Source: Gemmatimonadaceae bacterium (lineage in GTDB: Bacteria > Gemmatimonadota > Gemmatimonadetes > Gemmatimonadales > Gemmatimonadaceae). Taken from it: DNA of 64,000 nucleotides. The stretch spans positions 1,024,001 to 1,088,000 of the forward strand of contig JBHYGA010000001.1 in NCBI GenBank assembly GCA_051859245.1, written 5' to 3'. Both the position numbers and the translations under genes were made by a program. Below, in pieces: positions 42,222 to 51,991 of this stretch. Within the stretch, counting starts at the first letter, position 1. Each line of letters starts with the position of its first letter. A model generated the notes under the pieces. It was given only the letters and a program-made list of their open reading frames with translations. It searched no databases and had not been told where the DNA came from.

Positions 42222-43792
42222 AACCGCACCGCGCTCGCCAGCTCCCACGCGCGTGACATGCCGCTTGTTTGCGGCGACGTCAGAAGCTGCCCGGCCACCA
42301 GCTGCGGATAGATGTCGGCGTAGCTGCGAATTTCCATGGCGCTGACACGCTTCATGATAAACCAGGGCTTAAGCTCGCGGGGCTGCTGCAGTCCGGCGGC
42401 GCCCAACACTTCAAAAAAGCTCTTGACCGTTTCGCGATGATACCGCGCCACACGTTCTGACTTGTCGCCCACGTGCAGGCCGGCTTCGAGTGCGCGATCC
42501 TGCGTTGCGATGCCGGTGGGGCACTGATTGGTATTGCATCGCAGTGCCTGAATGCATCCGAGCGCAAACATCATGGCGCGTGCCGCGTGACAAATGTCGG
42601 CGCCAAGTGCGACCTTGGTGGCCATGGCAAATCCGGTGTTCACCTTGCCCGACGCGATAATGCGGATTCGCTCGCGCAGCTCAGCACCAACCAGCGCATT
42701 GTGCACAAACGAAAGCCCTTCATTCAGTGGCGTACCAACGGAGTCGGAGAACTCCAGCGGAGCGGCGCCGGTGCCACCCTCGCCACCGTCAACCGTAATG
42801 AAGTCCGGAGTGATTCCGGTTTCCATCATCGCTTTGACGATGCCGAGAAACTCATGACGCTTACCAACGCACAGTTTGAATCCAACCGGTTTGCCGCCAC
42901 TTGCCACACGCAACCGTTTGATGAAGTGCAGGAGTTCGGTTGGCGTAGCGAACGCGGTATGCGCCGGTGGAGAGATCACGTCAAATCCCGGTTCGACCCC
43001 GCGAATCTCGACAATCTCTGGCGTAAGCTTTGACGCCGGAAGAATACCGCCGTGACCGGGTTTCGCTCCCTGCGAAAGCTTGATCTCGATCATCTTCACG
43101 TTTGGCAGCGTCGCGCGCTTTGCAAACTCTGTTTCGCTGAACCGTCCTGACTTGTCGCGGCAGCTGAAGTATCCGGTGCCGATCTGCCAGATGATGTCGC
43201 CACCGGGTTGCAGATGATAGGGACTCAGTCCACCTTCGCCCGTATTGTGTGCGAAGTTGCCAAGCCTGGCGCCTGTGTTGAGTGCGAGTACGGCGTTACG
43301 ACTGAGTGAGCCATAACTCATGCCCGACACGTTGAAAACCGACGAGGAATAGGGCTGCGTGCAATCCGGTCCCCCAACCATCACGCGCGCGTGCTGGGGA
43401 TCCGGGTGCACCGGCATCAGCGAATGATTGATCCATTCGTAGCCAGTGGCGTACACATCCTTCTGCGTACCAAAGGGCAGCGTGTCCGTATCGCCCTTCG
43501 CTCGCTGATAGATGACCGAACGATCGTTGCGGCTGAACGGTCGACCATCGTGGTTTGACTCGACGAAATACTGATTGATTTCCGGACGTATCGCTTCAAA
43601 CAGATAGCGTGCGTGCCCAATGAGCGGAAAGTTGCGCTTGATGGCCTGTCTGGTTTGCACCATGTCGGCCACACCGCGCGCGATGAGCGGCAGCAGAATG
43701 ACCAGAGACCACAAAGCCGGCGGCCACACAAGGGACACGCCGGCCACGGACAGCAACAGGACCGCTGAAACGGCCACGAAGAGAGTGCGCAT
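42218..43792 (-). CDS. FMN-binding glutamate synthase family protein (membrane-anchored, YerD-like)
   Basis: MSYGSLS, NTGEGG, EIKLSQGAKPGHGG, DGGEGGTGAAP, GCIQALRCNTNQCPTG; start at ATG 43792. Confidence 0.88.
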   Translation of the reverse strand: MRTLFVAVSAVLLLSVAGVSLVWPPALWSLVILLPLIARGVADMVQTRQAIKRNFPLIGHARYLFEAIRPEINQYFVESNHDGRPFSRNDRSVIYQRAKGDTDTLPFGTQKDVYATGYEWINHSLMPVHPDPQHARVMVGGPDCTQPYSSSVFNVSGMSYGSLSRNAVLALNTGARLGNFAHNTGEGGLSPYHLQPGGDIIWQIGTGYFSCRDKSGRFSETEFAKRATLPNVKMIEIKLSQGAKPGHGGILPASKLTPEIVEIRGVEPGFDVISPPAHTAFATPTELLHFIKRLRVASGGKPVGFKLCVGKRHEFLGIVKAMMETGITPDFITVDGGEGGTGAAPLEFSDSVGTPLNEGLSFVHNALVGAELRERIRIIASGKVNTGFAMATKVALGADICHAARAMMFALGCIQALRCNTNQCPTGIATQDRALEAGLHVGDKSERVARYHRETVKSFFEVLGAAGLQQPRELKPWFIMKRVSAMEIRSYADIYPQLVAGQLLTSPQTSGMSRAWELASAVRF

Positions 43793-43850
43793 GCGGTGAT
43801 AGTATCGGCCGCCTGCGTGAGGAGTTGAGTCGTCTCGCGCCGAACGGCTG

Positions 43851-45491
43851 CTACGATCCGCCTTTGGGTGCAACTACCCGCTGTACTGCCGCGAGACCTG
43901 CGTCCACGACAATCGCAAGCAGCGCTGCCGGAAGGGCTCCTGAGAGCACAAGCCGGCTATCTGCGAGGGCAAGTCCAGTGACAATCGGCTCACCAAGTCC
44001 GCCCGCACCAATGAACGCGGCCAGTGTTGCTGCACCCACCGTGATCACAGCCGCGGTGCGAATACCGCCGAGCACCGCCGTCGACGCAAGCGGCAGTTGC
44101 ACGCGCCACAATCGCTGCGCCTGCGTCATGCCGAGTGCTTCGCTGGCCGCAACCGCATCGGGGTCGGCGGTGGACACGCCGGTGTAGGTGGCGCGCACAA
44201 TCGGAAGCAAGGCGTACAGCCACAGTGCCACGAGTGCCGGTGTGGTGCCGATCCCGAAGAACGGCAGCATGAACGCCAACAGCGCAATCGACGGGATCGT
44301 CTGAAATACGCCGAGCATCTGCATCACGACGGACGCGATGCGTGGCCGCTGCGTGAGCGTAATGCCGAGTGGCAGTGCGATCAGGACGGCAGCAAGCATG
44401 GCGACCAGAACCAACATGCTATGCTGCAACAAGAGCCGCAGCGTTTCTGCGCGCCGGTTGAAAAAGAACGACCAGAACCCGTCTTGCTGCGATGTTGGTG
44501 TGACCGCCGATGATTCAGCGGTACTCGTTGCGCGCAGCAATCCCAGCTGCTGTAACGCCGCGCGCGCGACGTCGGGAATTGGCACGCGTTCCACTTCGAT
44601 CTGTCGATTCCATTCGCGCACCGACGGCTCCGACAGCCGACCGCTCAACTGCGACAACACACCCACGACCTCAGGACGCGTCTGCGCGATGCGCGGCGAC
44701 ACGATTGCCGCCGCGTCGTACGGTGGAAAGAAGTGACGGTCATCATCAAGCACCACCAGATCGTAGCGCGCCAGCAATCCATCGGTGGTGTAACCATCAA
44801 TCACATCCACGGAGCCGGCGGCGAGCGCTTCATATTTGACGGCTGGCGCAAGCGGTACGGCGGACTTGAGACGAAGACCATACGCGTCTGCCAGCCCGCT
44901 GAATCCATCCGAACGCCCAATGAAGTCACTCGTAAATCCGGCGGAGAGCGCGCGCCCTTCGCGCACAAGGTCGCTGATCGTTCGCAGTCGCAATCGCTCG
45001 GCGGATTCGCGGCGCACGGCAATGGCATATCCGTTGCTGAATCCAAGCGGCGGCAACCACTGCACGCCAAACTGTGCTTTGAACTGCTGCGCCACGTGCG
45101 CATAGAGCACGCGTGGATCTTCCCGCATGCGTGCCGTCGCCGTATCTCGCAGGACGGCAATCAAACCGGTGCCTGTGTATTCTGGATACACGTCAATTGC
45201 GTCCGATCGCAAGGCGCGGAATGCGACTTCTGTTGAGCCGAGTCCTGGCCGGCGCTGCACGACGAGACCATTCGCTTCCAGCAGTTGCGCGAACATTTCC
45301 GCCAGCAGATACGACTCGCCAAACGGTTTGGACGCAACGATCACGGCTTGAAGCGTAGGCGTTGCCGATATCGGAATATCGGCGGTGCGAGGCGACGCTG
45401 GCTGTGCGTGCGCGCCAGTGCAGGCGCAGAGCACGACGAGCAGGGACGTGATCGCGCGGGTCGCAAGAAGGCGGTGTACGCCGCGCGTCAT
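43851..45491 (-). CDS. Betaine/osmoprotectant-type ABC transporter, fused substrate-binding protein and permease
   Basis: SKPFGE, IDVYPEYTGT, LGFSNGY, YTTDG, FFPPY (OpuAC-like); QTIPSIAL, EALGMT, IGAGGLG (permease). Confidence 0.88.
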   Translation of the reverse strand: MTRGVHRLLATRAITSLLVVLCACTGAHAQPASPRTADIPISATPTLQAVIVASKPFGESYLLAEMFAQLLEANGLVVQRRPGLGSTEVAFRALRSDAIDVYPEYTGTGLIAVLRDTATARMREDPRVLYAHVAQQFKAQFGVQWLPPLGFSNGYAIAVRRESAERLRLRTISDLVREGRALSAGFTSDFIGRSDGFSGLADAYGLRLKSAVPLAPAVKYEALAAGSVDVIDGYTTDGLLARYDLVVLDDDRHFFPPYDAAAIVSPRIAQTRPEVVGVLSQLSGRLSEPSVREWNRQIEVERVPIPDVARAALQQLGLLRATSTAESSAVTPTSQQDGFWSFFFNRRAETLRLLLQHSMLVLVAMLAAVLIALPLGITLTQRPRIASVVMQMLGVFQTIPSIALLAFMLPFFGIGTTPALVALWLYALLPIVRATYTGVSTADPDAVAASEALGMTQAQRLWRVQLPLASTAVLGGIRTAAVITVGAATLAAFIGAGGLGEPIVTGLALADSRLVLSGALPAALLAIVVDAGLAAVQRVVAPKGGS

Positions 45492-46243
45492 GTGCTGGTC
45501 GCGAGGAATGCGATCGAGCTGATCGCCTGTTTAATCAGAGACGCCACGTACGGCGTTGAGGGCGACGATCGCAGTTCCTCAAACGAGCCGATCTGTTCGA
45601 TTCGGCCCGCGCGCATGACGGCAATGGAATCGGCCAGGCGAGCCGCTTCCGACAAGTCATGCGTGACAAGAATCGCAGTGAATGCAAGTTCTCGACGAAC
45701 GCGCAAGAAAACGTCATGCAACGCACTCCGCGAGATCGCGTCGAGCGCGCCGAACGGCTCGTCCAGCAACACGATTTGCTGCTGCGCCGCGAGCGCTCTG
45801 GCGATTGCCACGCGCTGACGCTGCCCACCGGAGAGCTGCCGTGGGTAGCGCGCGCCGAACTCGTGGGCGGGCAGCCCGACCAGCTCGAGTGCTTTTGCCG
45901 CCAGCTCCAGCGGCGATGGTTGGCGCAGCAGTTCGGGTACGAGCGCGACGTTTCGCTGCACCGTCCAGTGCGGAAGCAGGCCGCCGGATTGTGGTACGTA
46001 TCCAATGCGTCGACGCAGCGTCACCGGATCAAGCGTACGCACATCGTCGCCGTGCACGTGCACCCGACCGCTATCGGGCTCAACCAGCCTGTTGAAGGTC
46101 CGAAGCAGCGTGGTTTTTCCCGAACCACTCTCCCCAACAAGAGCAAGAGCGTCGCCAGCGCGAACGTCAACACTCACGCCGTTTAGCGCTTGAACGGTAC
46201 CGAACGAGTGCGAAATATCACGTGCGTGCAGGGCAGCGGTCAC
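45488..46243 (-). CDS. ABC transporter ATP-binding subunit (ProV/OpuA-like, no CBS domain)
   Basis: GESGSGKT, LRRRIGYVPQ, LSGGQRQR, LLDEPFGALD. Confidence 0.9.
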   Translation of the reverse strand: MTAALHARDISHSFGTVQALNGVSVDVRAGDALALVGESGSGKTTLLRTFNRLVEPDSGRVHVHGDDVRTLDPVTLRRRIGYVPQSGGLLPHWTVQRNVALVPELLRQPSPLELAAKALELVGLPAHEFGARYPRQLSGGQRQRVAIARALAAQQQIVLLDEPFGALDAISRSALHDVFLRVRRELAFTAILVTHDLSEAARLADSIAVMRAGRIEQIGSFEELRSSPSTPYVASLIKQAISSIAFLATST

Positions 46244-46355
46244 TTCTGGCAGGCTTCGGGGACGAAAGCGACAGGGTGGGGAACCTACTTGGCATCCATA
46301 TGATACATCAACATAAGGTTATACCCTACGCGTTTTCGTCCCTCTACTGCCCGCC

Positions 46356-47618
46356 ATGACCGTTGCCCGTCTCGACGCCACAGCTCTCTCACTCGCGGAA
46401 CGATATCGAAGCGTCCGAGAGGCAACGGTGGCGCTCTGTGTTCCGCTGGAAACCGAGGACTTTGTTGTTTCCAGCATGGACGACGTGAGCCCGACCAAGT
46501 GGCACCTCGCGCACACGAGTTGGTTTTTTGAGACCTTTGTGCTCGCGCCATTCATGGCATCGTACGTGGCGCGCCATCCGCGTTACGCGTTTCTCTTCAA
46601 CTCATACTATGTGCAGGCGGGCGAGCGACATTGCCGAGCCCAGCGTGGATTGGTCACACGCCCGACGGTGAGTGAGGTGTTCGAATATCGTCGCTACGTG
46701 GATGAGGCCGTCTTGTCGTTGTGCGATTCCATCGGAGACGATACGAATCACCCCGCATGGCACGTGCTGGAGCTGGGGCTCCATCATGAACAGCAACATC
46801 AGGAGCTGTTGCTCACTGATATCAAGCACGTGTTCTGGACGAATCCGATGCGCCCGGTGTATCACGACGCGCCGCTTCCGGTCCCGCCGTCCGTTGTTCA
46901 GGATTGGCAGGCGATCAGCGAAGGTGTGTACGACATCGGTCACGACGGCGCACAGTTTGCGTTCGACAATGAAGGACCGCGTCATCGCACATACGTGCAG
47001 TCAGCAAAGCTGGCCACGCGCTTGATCACCAACGCAGAGTACGCGCAGTTCATTGCCGACGGCGGGTATCGACAGCCGGCGCTCTGGCTCAGCGCGGGGT
47101 GGAGCACGGTGCAGTTGGAGAAGTGGGTCGCTCCGTTATACTGGGAGTTGCGCGATGGCAGTTGGCACGAGTTTACGCTGCGTGGTGACGGTCCAATCAA
47201 TGCCACGGCACCAGTCACGCACCTGAGCTATTTCGAAGCCGACGCGTTCGCTCGATGGGCCGGTGCGCGTTTGCCAACGGAAGCCGAATGGGAGCTGATC
47301 GCACGAACGCATGCGGTCAGCGGACGATTCGTGGAAGAGCGCATGTGGCATCCGGGGGCAGCTGTCGGCAGTGGCATGCAGCAGCTATTCGGCGACGTGT
47401 GGCAGTGGACGCAAAGTCCGTACGTCGCATATCCCGGATTTCGGCCGTCTGCAGGAGCGATCGGCGAATACAACGGGAAGTTCATGTGCGACCAGTGGGT
47501 ATTGCGCGGTGCTTCGTGCGCAACGCCTCGCTCGCACGCGCGGGCGACATATCGCAACTTTTTCCCCAGTGACGCACGCTGGCAGTTCTCGGGTATTCGA
47601 CTGGCGGCGGACGCATGA
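46356..47618 (+). CDS. egtB: Ergothioneine biosynthesis sulfoxide synthase
   Basis: SPTKWHLAHTSWFFETF, FNSYY, HHEQQHQEL (Fe ligands), FGE-like domain FDNEGPRH...RLPTEAEWE...EYNGKFM...YRNFF. Confidence 0.92.
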   Translation: MTVARLDATALSLAERYRSVREATVALCVPLETEDFVVSSMDDVSPTKWHLAHTSWFFETFVLAPFMASYVARHPRYAFLFNSYYVQAGERHCRAQRGLVTRPTVSEVFEYRRYVDEAVLSLCDSIGDDTNHPAWHVLELGLHHEQQHQELLLTDIKHVFWTNPMRPVYHDAPLPVPPSVVQDWQAISEGVYDIGHDGAQFAFDNEGPRHRTYVQSAKLATRLITNAEYAQFIADGGYRQPALWLSAGWSTVQLEKWVAPLYWELRDGSWHEFTLRGDGPINATAPVTHLSYFEADAFARWAGARLPTEAEWELIARTHAVSGRFVEERMWHPGAAVGSGMQQLFGDVWQWTQSPYVAYPGFRPSAGAIGEYNGKFMCDQWVLRGASCATPRSHARATYRNFFPSDARWQFSGIRLAADA

Positions 47619-48592
47619 CGCGAGCTGCGACGAACAATCTGTCGCTTCGGCACACCACGCCACGATCCGCATTCTCTCCGTCGCTCACGGCGACGGTCAT
47701 TCGTGGGCTCACGGACAGCGTCAAGACGCTGCCAGCGGTGCTGTTCTACGATGCGAAGGGAGCTCGCCTGTTTGAGGAAATCTGCGAGCAGCCGGAGTAC
47801 TATCCCACGCGCACCGAAATCGAGATTCTCACACGTCATGCGCCTAATCTCGCGCAGCACGCGGGGGCTCACGCCGCGCTGATTGAATATGGGAGTGGCG
47901 CAGGTGTGAAGGTGCGTTATCTGCTCGACGCGTTGCGGGATCCGGCAGCGTACATCCCGGTCGACGTGTCGCAGGAACAGCTGGTGCACGTGGCACGGGA
48001 ACGGGGACGACAGTACCCGGGATTACGCATTGCGCCTGTATGTGCAGACTACACCTTGCCGTTCGATCTGCCTGCGCTGCCCGTCGAGACACGACGCGTT
48101 GCGTTCTTCCCAGGCTCGACGATCGGCAATTTTCACCCCACGGAAGCGGCGGCCTTTCTGCACCGCATTCGCCATACCGTTGGCCCCAAGGGTGGCTTGA
48201 TCCTCGGCGTTGATCGGCGGAAAGACTTCCGTGTACTGCACGAGGCGTACAACGATCGTGCAGGCGTGACCGCGGCGTTCAACCTGAACATGTTGGCGCA
48301 TCTCAATCAGGCAATGAACGCCAACTTCGATCTGACCCAGTTCCGGCACGTGGCGTTCTTCAACAACGAAGCCAGCCGCATCGAGATGCATCTGGAATCG
48401 CTGGTCGAGCAGGAGGTGGTGGTGAACGACACGCTCGTGTACTTCGACGCTGGCGAAACGGTGCAGACGGAGTGCTCCTACAAATACGACGAGCAGACGC
48501 TGCGCGCATTGGTGGAGAGCAGCGGGTTCACCATTGACACGCTGTATTCGGATGACAACGACTGGTTCTACGTGGCGTGGCTCCGGCCATAA
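47615..48592 (+). CDS. egtD: L-histidine N-alpha-trimethyltransferase
   Basis: FYDAKG.RLFEEIC.QPEYYPTRTE, EYGSG, FPGSTIGNF, AYND.AGVTAAFNLN, RIEMHL, TECSYKY. Confidence 0.93.
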   Translation: MTRAATNNLSLRHTTPRSAFSPSLTATVIRGLTDSVKTLPAVLFYDAKGARLFEEICEQPEYYPTRTEIEILTRHAPNLAQHAGAHAALIEYGSGAGVKVRYLLDALRDPAAYIPVDVSQEQLVHVARERGRQYPGLRIAPVCADYTLPFDLPALPVETRRVAFFPGSTIGNFHPTEAAAFLHRIRHTVGPKGGLILGVDRRKDFRVLHEAYNDRAGVTAAFNLNMLAHLNQAMNANFDLTQFRHVAFFNNEASRIEMHLESLVEQEVVVNDTLVYFDAGETVQTECSYKYDEQTLRALVESSGFTIDTLYSDDNDWFYVAWLRP

Positions 48593-48612
48593 ACTTTTCA
48601 CTTGATATTGAC

Positions 48613-48894
48613 ATGAAAGCATTGTGGAATGGCGTCGTCATCGCTGAGAGTGATGACACGGTTATTGTCGAGGGCAACCACTATTTCCCGGCCGACTCTC
48701 TCCGCCGCGAGTACATCGTGGAGAGCGCGCATCAGACAACGTGCCCGTGGAAGGGCACCGCATCGTACTACAGTCTGAATGTGAACGGCGCGGAAAACCG
48801 AGACGCGGTGTGGTACTACGCCACGCCGAAAGCCGGTGCCGAACAGGTGGCGAAGCGGGTGGCGTTCTGGAAAGGTGTACAGGTCGCCGCGTGA
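48613..48894 (+). CDS. DUF427 domain protein
   Basis: MKALWNGVVIAESDDT.IVEGNHYFP, CPWKGTASYY, VAFWKGV. Confidence 0.9.
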   Translation: MKALWNGVVIAESDDTVIVEGNHYFPADSLRREYIVESAHQTTCPWKGTASYYSLNVNGAENRDAVWYYATPKAGAEQVAKRVAFWKGVQVAA

Positions 48895-50336
48895 TCCAAT
48901 CCCGTGCTGAGGGGTCGCCAACGCCGTTGATCGTTGACGCGGTGATTATCGGCACGGGTCAGGCGGCCGTGCCTCTGGCGGTCGCACTTGCCACGCAGGG
49001 TGAAACTGTGGCGCTGTTCGAAGGCGGTCAGCTCGGCGGCAGTTGCGTGAACGTCGGTTGCACACCAACAAAGACCTTACGCAAGAGCGCCCGCGTTGCG
49101 CACATGGCACGACGCGCGCATGAGTTTGGTGTGAACGTGGGTGAGGTTCGGGTTGACTTCGCCGCCGCGATGGAGCGTGCGGCCGCAGTTGTCGACGCAT
49201 CGCGAAACGGACTCACACGTTGGCTCGGTGACGCCGCCGGTGTGACCCTGGTTCGTGAGTGGGGCAGGCTTGATGGCAAGGCGAGCGACCGATTTGTGGT
49301 GCGTGGAAGCGCGACCGTCGTGCACGCATCACGCGTGTACGTGAACAGCGGCACGCGTCCTTTTCTTCCTCCCATTCCTGGCTTGTCGGATGTACCCGTG
49401 CTCACGAATGAGAGCATCATGCAGTTGCGTGCACTCCCGCGTCATCTGATGATTCTTGGTGGCAGTTACATTGGGCTGGAGTTCGGTCAGATCTTTCGGC
49501 GTCTCGGTAGTCAGGTCTCCATCATCGAAGCTGCTGAGACGGTGGCCAATCGGGAAGACGACGATATCGTCTCCCGCATTACGGCGCTCATGGAAGCCGA
49601 GGGCGTATCGTTGTACACGCAGGCGTCCGTGGTGGCCGTGGAACGCAGCACCGCAGCCGCCCCAAGCGAGACCTTGACGGTCACTATTCAGCATCGCGGT
49701 ACGAATGTACGCGAGGAGTTGTTTGCGTCACACGTGCTCGTCGCGACGGGTCGCGTTCCCAATACCGATCAACTCGGTCTGGAGACGGTTGGCGTCGCGC
49801 TCGATGACCGCGGATTCATTCCCGTGAACGGCGCGCTGGAAACGACAGTGCCCGGCATCTTCGCTCTGGGAGATGTGAACCGACGTGGTGCGTTTACGCA
49901 CACCAGCTACCAGGACTATGAGATCGTGCTCGCGAATCATCGCGGCACAGCGCGATCAGCTGATGGCCGCATCAGCACCTACGCTATGTATACCGACCCT
50001 CCGCTCGGACGCGTAGGACTTTCCGAGCGGGAAGCGCGCACGCTCGCCACACAGGGTCGGCGCTTCCTCACGGCATCGCACGAGATGCGGTTTGTGAGCC
50101 GTGCCAAGGAAGAAGGTGAAACCGTGGGTGTGATCAAGATGCTCGTTGACGCCGAAACGCGCCGGTTTGTTGGTGCGTCATTGCTCGGTATCGGTGCGGA
50201 CGAGATTGTGCAAATCATTGGCGCCATGATTGCGGCCGACGCTCCGTACGAAGTTTTGCGCGACGCGTTGCCGGTACACCCAACCGTCACCGAGTTTTTC
50301 CCTACGATCCTAGGGAAGCTCGCTCCACTCGAATAG
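48891..50336 (+). CDS. Pyridine nucleotide-disulfide oxidoreductase (MerA/RclA/LpdA-like)
   Basis: GTG overlaps the DUF427 stop (GTGA); IIGTGQA, GGSCVNVGCTPTK, GGSYIGLEF, HPTVTE; no C-terminal Cys-Cys pair. Confidence 0.88.
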   Translation: MIQSRAEGSPTPLIVDAVIIGTGQAAVPLAVALATQGETVALFEGGQLGGSCVNVGCTPTKTLRKSARVAHMARRAHEFGVNVGEVRVDFAAAMERAAAVVDASRNGLTRWLGDAAGVTLVREWGRLDGKASDRFVVRGSATVVHASRVYVNSGTRPFLPPIPGLSDVPVLTNESIMQLRALPRHLMILGGSYIGLEFGQIFRRLGSQVSIIEAAETVANREDDDIVSRITALMEAEGVSLYTQASVVAVERSTAAAPSETLTVTIQHRGTNVREELFASHVLVATGRVPNTDQLGLETVGVALDDRGFIPVNGALETTVPGIFALGDVNRRGAFTHTSYQDYEIVLANHRGTARSADGRISTYAMYTDPPLGRVGLSEREARTLATQGRRFLTASHEMRFVSRAKEEGETVGVIKMLVDAETRRFVGASLLGIGADEIVQIIGAMIAADAPYEVLRDALPVHPTVTEFFPTILGKLAPLE

Positions 50337-50380
50337 CAATCGCTTATGGCGCGACGCGATCATTGGCCCAACGCGAGCGT

Positions 50381-51217
50381 CTAGCGTGATCCATCCGGCG
50401 GCGTCTCCCGCCGGTACTCTACACCGAGCACACGTACGAGCTGCACCACGTCTGCAGCAGGCCAGCGCTCACCGTTGCTCGGTCGATTGTACCACCACGC
50501 CGCGGCCGTTGAATCCGGCATGACAATCAACGGCGATACTTCACGAAACGACGAGAATCCCTCAAGCCGCGCCGGTCCCTCGCGCGTACTCGCCACCAGC
50601 GAGAACTCAACGCGCTGCAGCACGCTCGTTGTCGAATCAAGCGTGACGGTGCCGCTCCAATCGGGCCAGCGTACGGCGTCGCTTGGTGCGAAGCCAAGGC
50701 GCACCTGCGCGCGACCGCTCGCGAAGGACGACGAGACACCGGTGACACAGTGATACGACCAGAATTCGGGATCGCCGAGTGTCTCAACGAAGAGGATCTG
50801 CGCGGAGAATCCGCCGCATGTGCCGGTGCGAACCACGTCGTACGGCTTGTATCGGTCGCCCCATCGCTCTGAGTTCGTGCGTTCCTCGTGGCGTGTCTCT
50901 CTCGGCGGTCGCGTGGGTCCATCGTGCTTCGAGGTGCGGGGCTCGGTCTGCACACGAAATGGGTACGCCCGCCGGAACGAGCCGTAGCGCTCAGCGCCTT
51001 CGCGAAGTTGCAGCAGTGCCCAGTAGGCAAGAGGCGCTTGCTCCGGAGCGATTGCGGGGCAGCCTCGCGCTTCGGTAATCGCCACCGTGGGAAGGTCCAG
51101 GGCGACGACTTTGATTGCCGTCCGTACGATCACAACGAGGGATTGCGACTGCGCGGCGAGTTGTGGTGCGCCTGCGAATAAGAACAGAGCGGACAGGGCC
51201 AGACATTTCACCACCAT
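50381..51217 (-). CDS. Secreted hypothetical protein
   Basis: Signal peptide; start coupled to the upstream stop (TAATG). Confidence 0.55.
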   Translation of the reverse strand: MVVKCLALSALFLFAGAPQLAAQSQSLVVIVRTAIKVVALDLPTVAITEARGCPAIAPEQAPLAYWALLQLREGAERYGSFRRAYPFRVQTEPRTSKHDGPTRPPRETRHEERTNSERWGDRYKPYDVVRTGTCGGFSAQILFVETLGDPEFWSYHCVTGVSSSFASGRAQVRLGFAPSDAVRWPDWSGTVTLDSTTSVLQRVEFSLVASTREGPARLEGFSSFREVSPLIVMPDSTAAAWWYNRPSNGERWPAADVVQLVRVLGVEYRRETPPDGSR

Positions 51218-51849
51218 TAACCACCTTTCGACGTCACCGGATGGATGGTCTCCCCACGCGCGAGCATTGCGACCAACTCGGCAATTTTCAGCGCGCGGCG
51301 TGCAGGTGTGGTCGCGGTCTCCACGCGAAACAGAATCGCATAGCGGTTGTCGCGCTTCAGCTGCTCAAACGCCGCGAGGGCCACCGGGTTCGCATTGAGT
51401 GCCTGCTGCAAGTCGTCTGGAACCGAACTCTTACTCGACGACGAATATGCGCGGTCCCACCGACCGTCGGACTTGGCGGCCTCAACCGCTGCCAATCCCG
51501 CGGGTTGCATTACACCGCTCGCGATCAAACGCTCCACATGTCCAACGTTCACTTTGGACCAGATGCTGCGCGGCCCGCGTGGCGTGAACTTGATCAGGTA
51601 TGACGCGTCATCGTATCGCTTGAGCTGGCCATCGATCCAGCCGTAGCAGAGCGCGATATCCAGCGCTTCGGCGTACTTCATAGTCGTGTATGCCGCCGCT
51701 TTCTTGGCAAAGCGTAGCCAAACTCCGCGCGCCGTCGTGTGCTGTGCATGCAGCCACACCTGCCACTCCTCAGGCGACGCAAACATCAGCGTTGGATACT
51801 CGGCGCGCGAGGAGCTTTGCGAGGCAGACGCGGTGGATTTTTTCATCAT
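51217..51849 (-). CDS. YdeI/OmpD-associated family protein
   Basis: EALDIALCYGWIDGQ, FTPR.PRSIWSKVN, VPDDLQQAL.ANP. Confidence 0.9.
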   Translation of the reverse strand: MMKKSTASASQSSSRAEYPTLMFASPEEWQVWLHAQHTTARGVWLRFAKKAAAYTTMKYAEALDIALCYGWIDGQLKRYDDASYLIKFTPRGPRSIWSKVNVGHVERLIASGVMQPAGLAAVEAAKSDGRWDRAYSSSSKSSVPDDLQQALNANPVALAAFEQLKRDNRYAILFRVETATTPARRALKIAELVAMLARGETIHPVTSKGG

Positions 51850-51991
51850 GTCTCTGGAGTCAAGTCAACTGAACGCGATTGCGTCAGTGTTTCCCTGACA
51901 CTTCTAGAGGGAGACGCTGGTGTCGTTGTGTGGATCGTCCCGTCATACTGACCGGAGGACATGCCATCGTCAAGAACGGGAGGATCTGCAG

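Noticed and set aside
46356..47618. Selenoneine (senA) or ovothiol (ovoA) synthase
   Set aside because: No senB/senC neighbours and no fused C-terminal methyltransferase; egtD follows directly
48891..50336. Mercuric reductase merA
   Set aside because: No C-terminal vicinal cysteines, no NmerA domain and no merR/T/P nearby
51883..51899. GTCAG-N7-CTGAC palindrome upstream of the redox operon
   Set aside because: Only 5-bp arms and a single occurrence; could be chance
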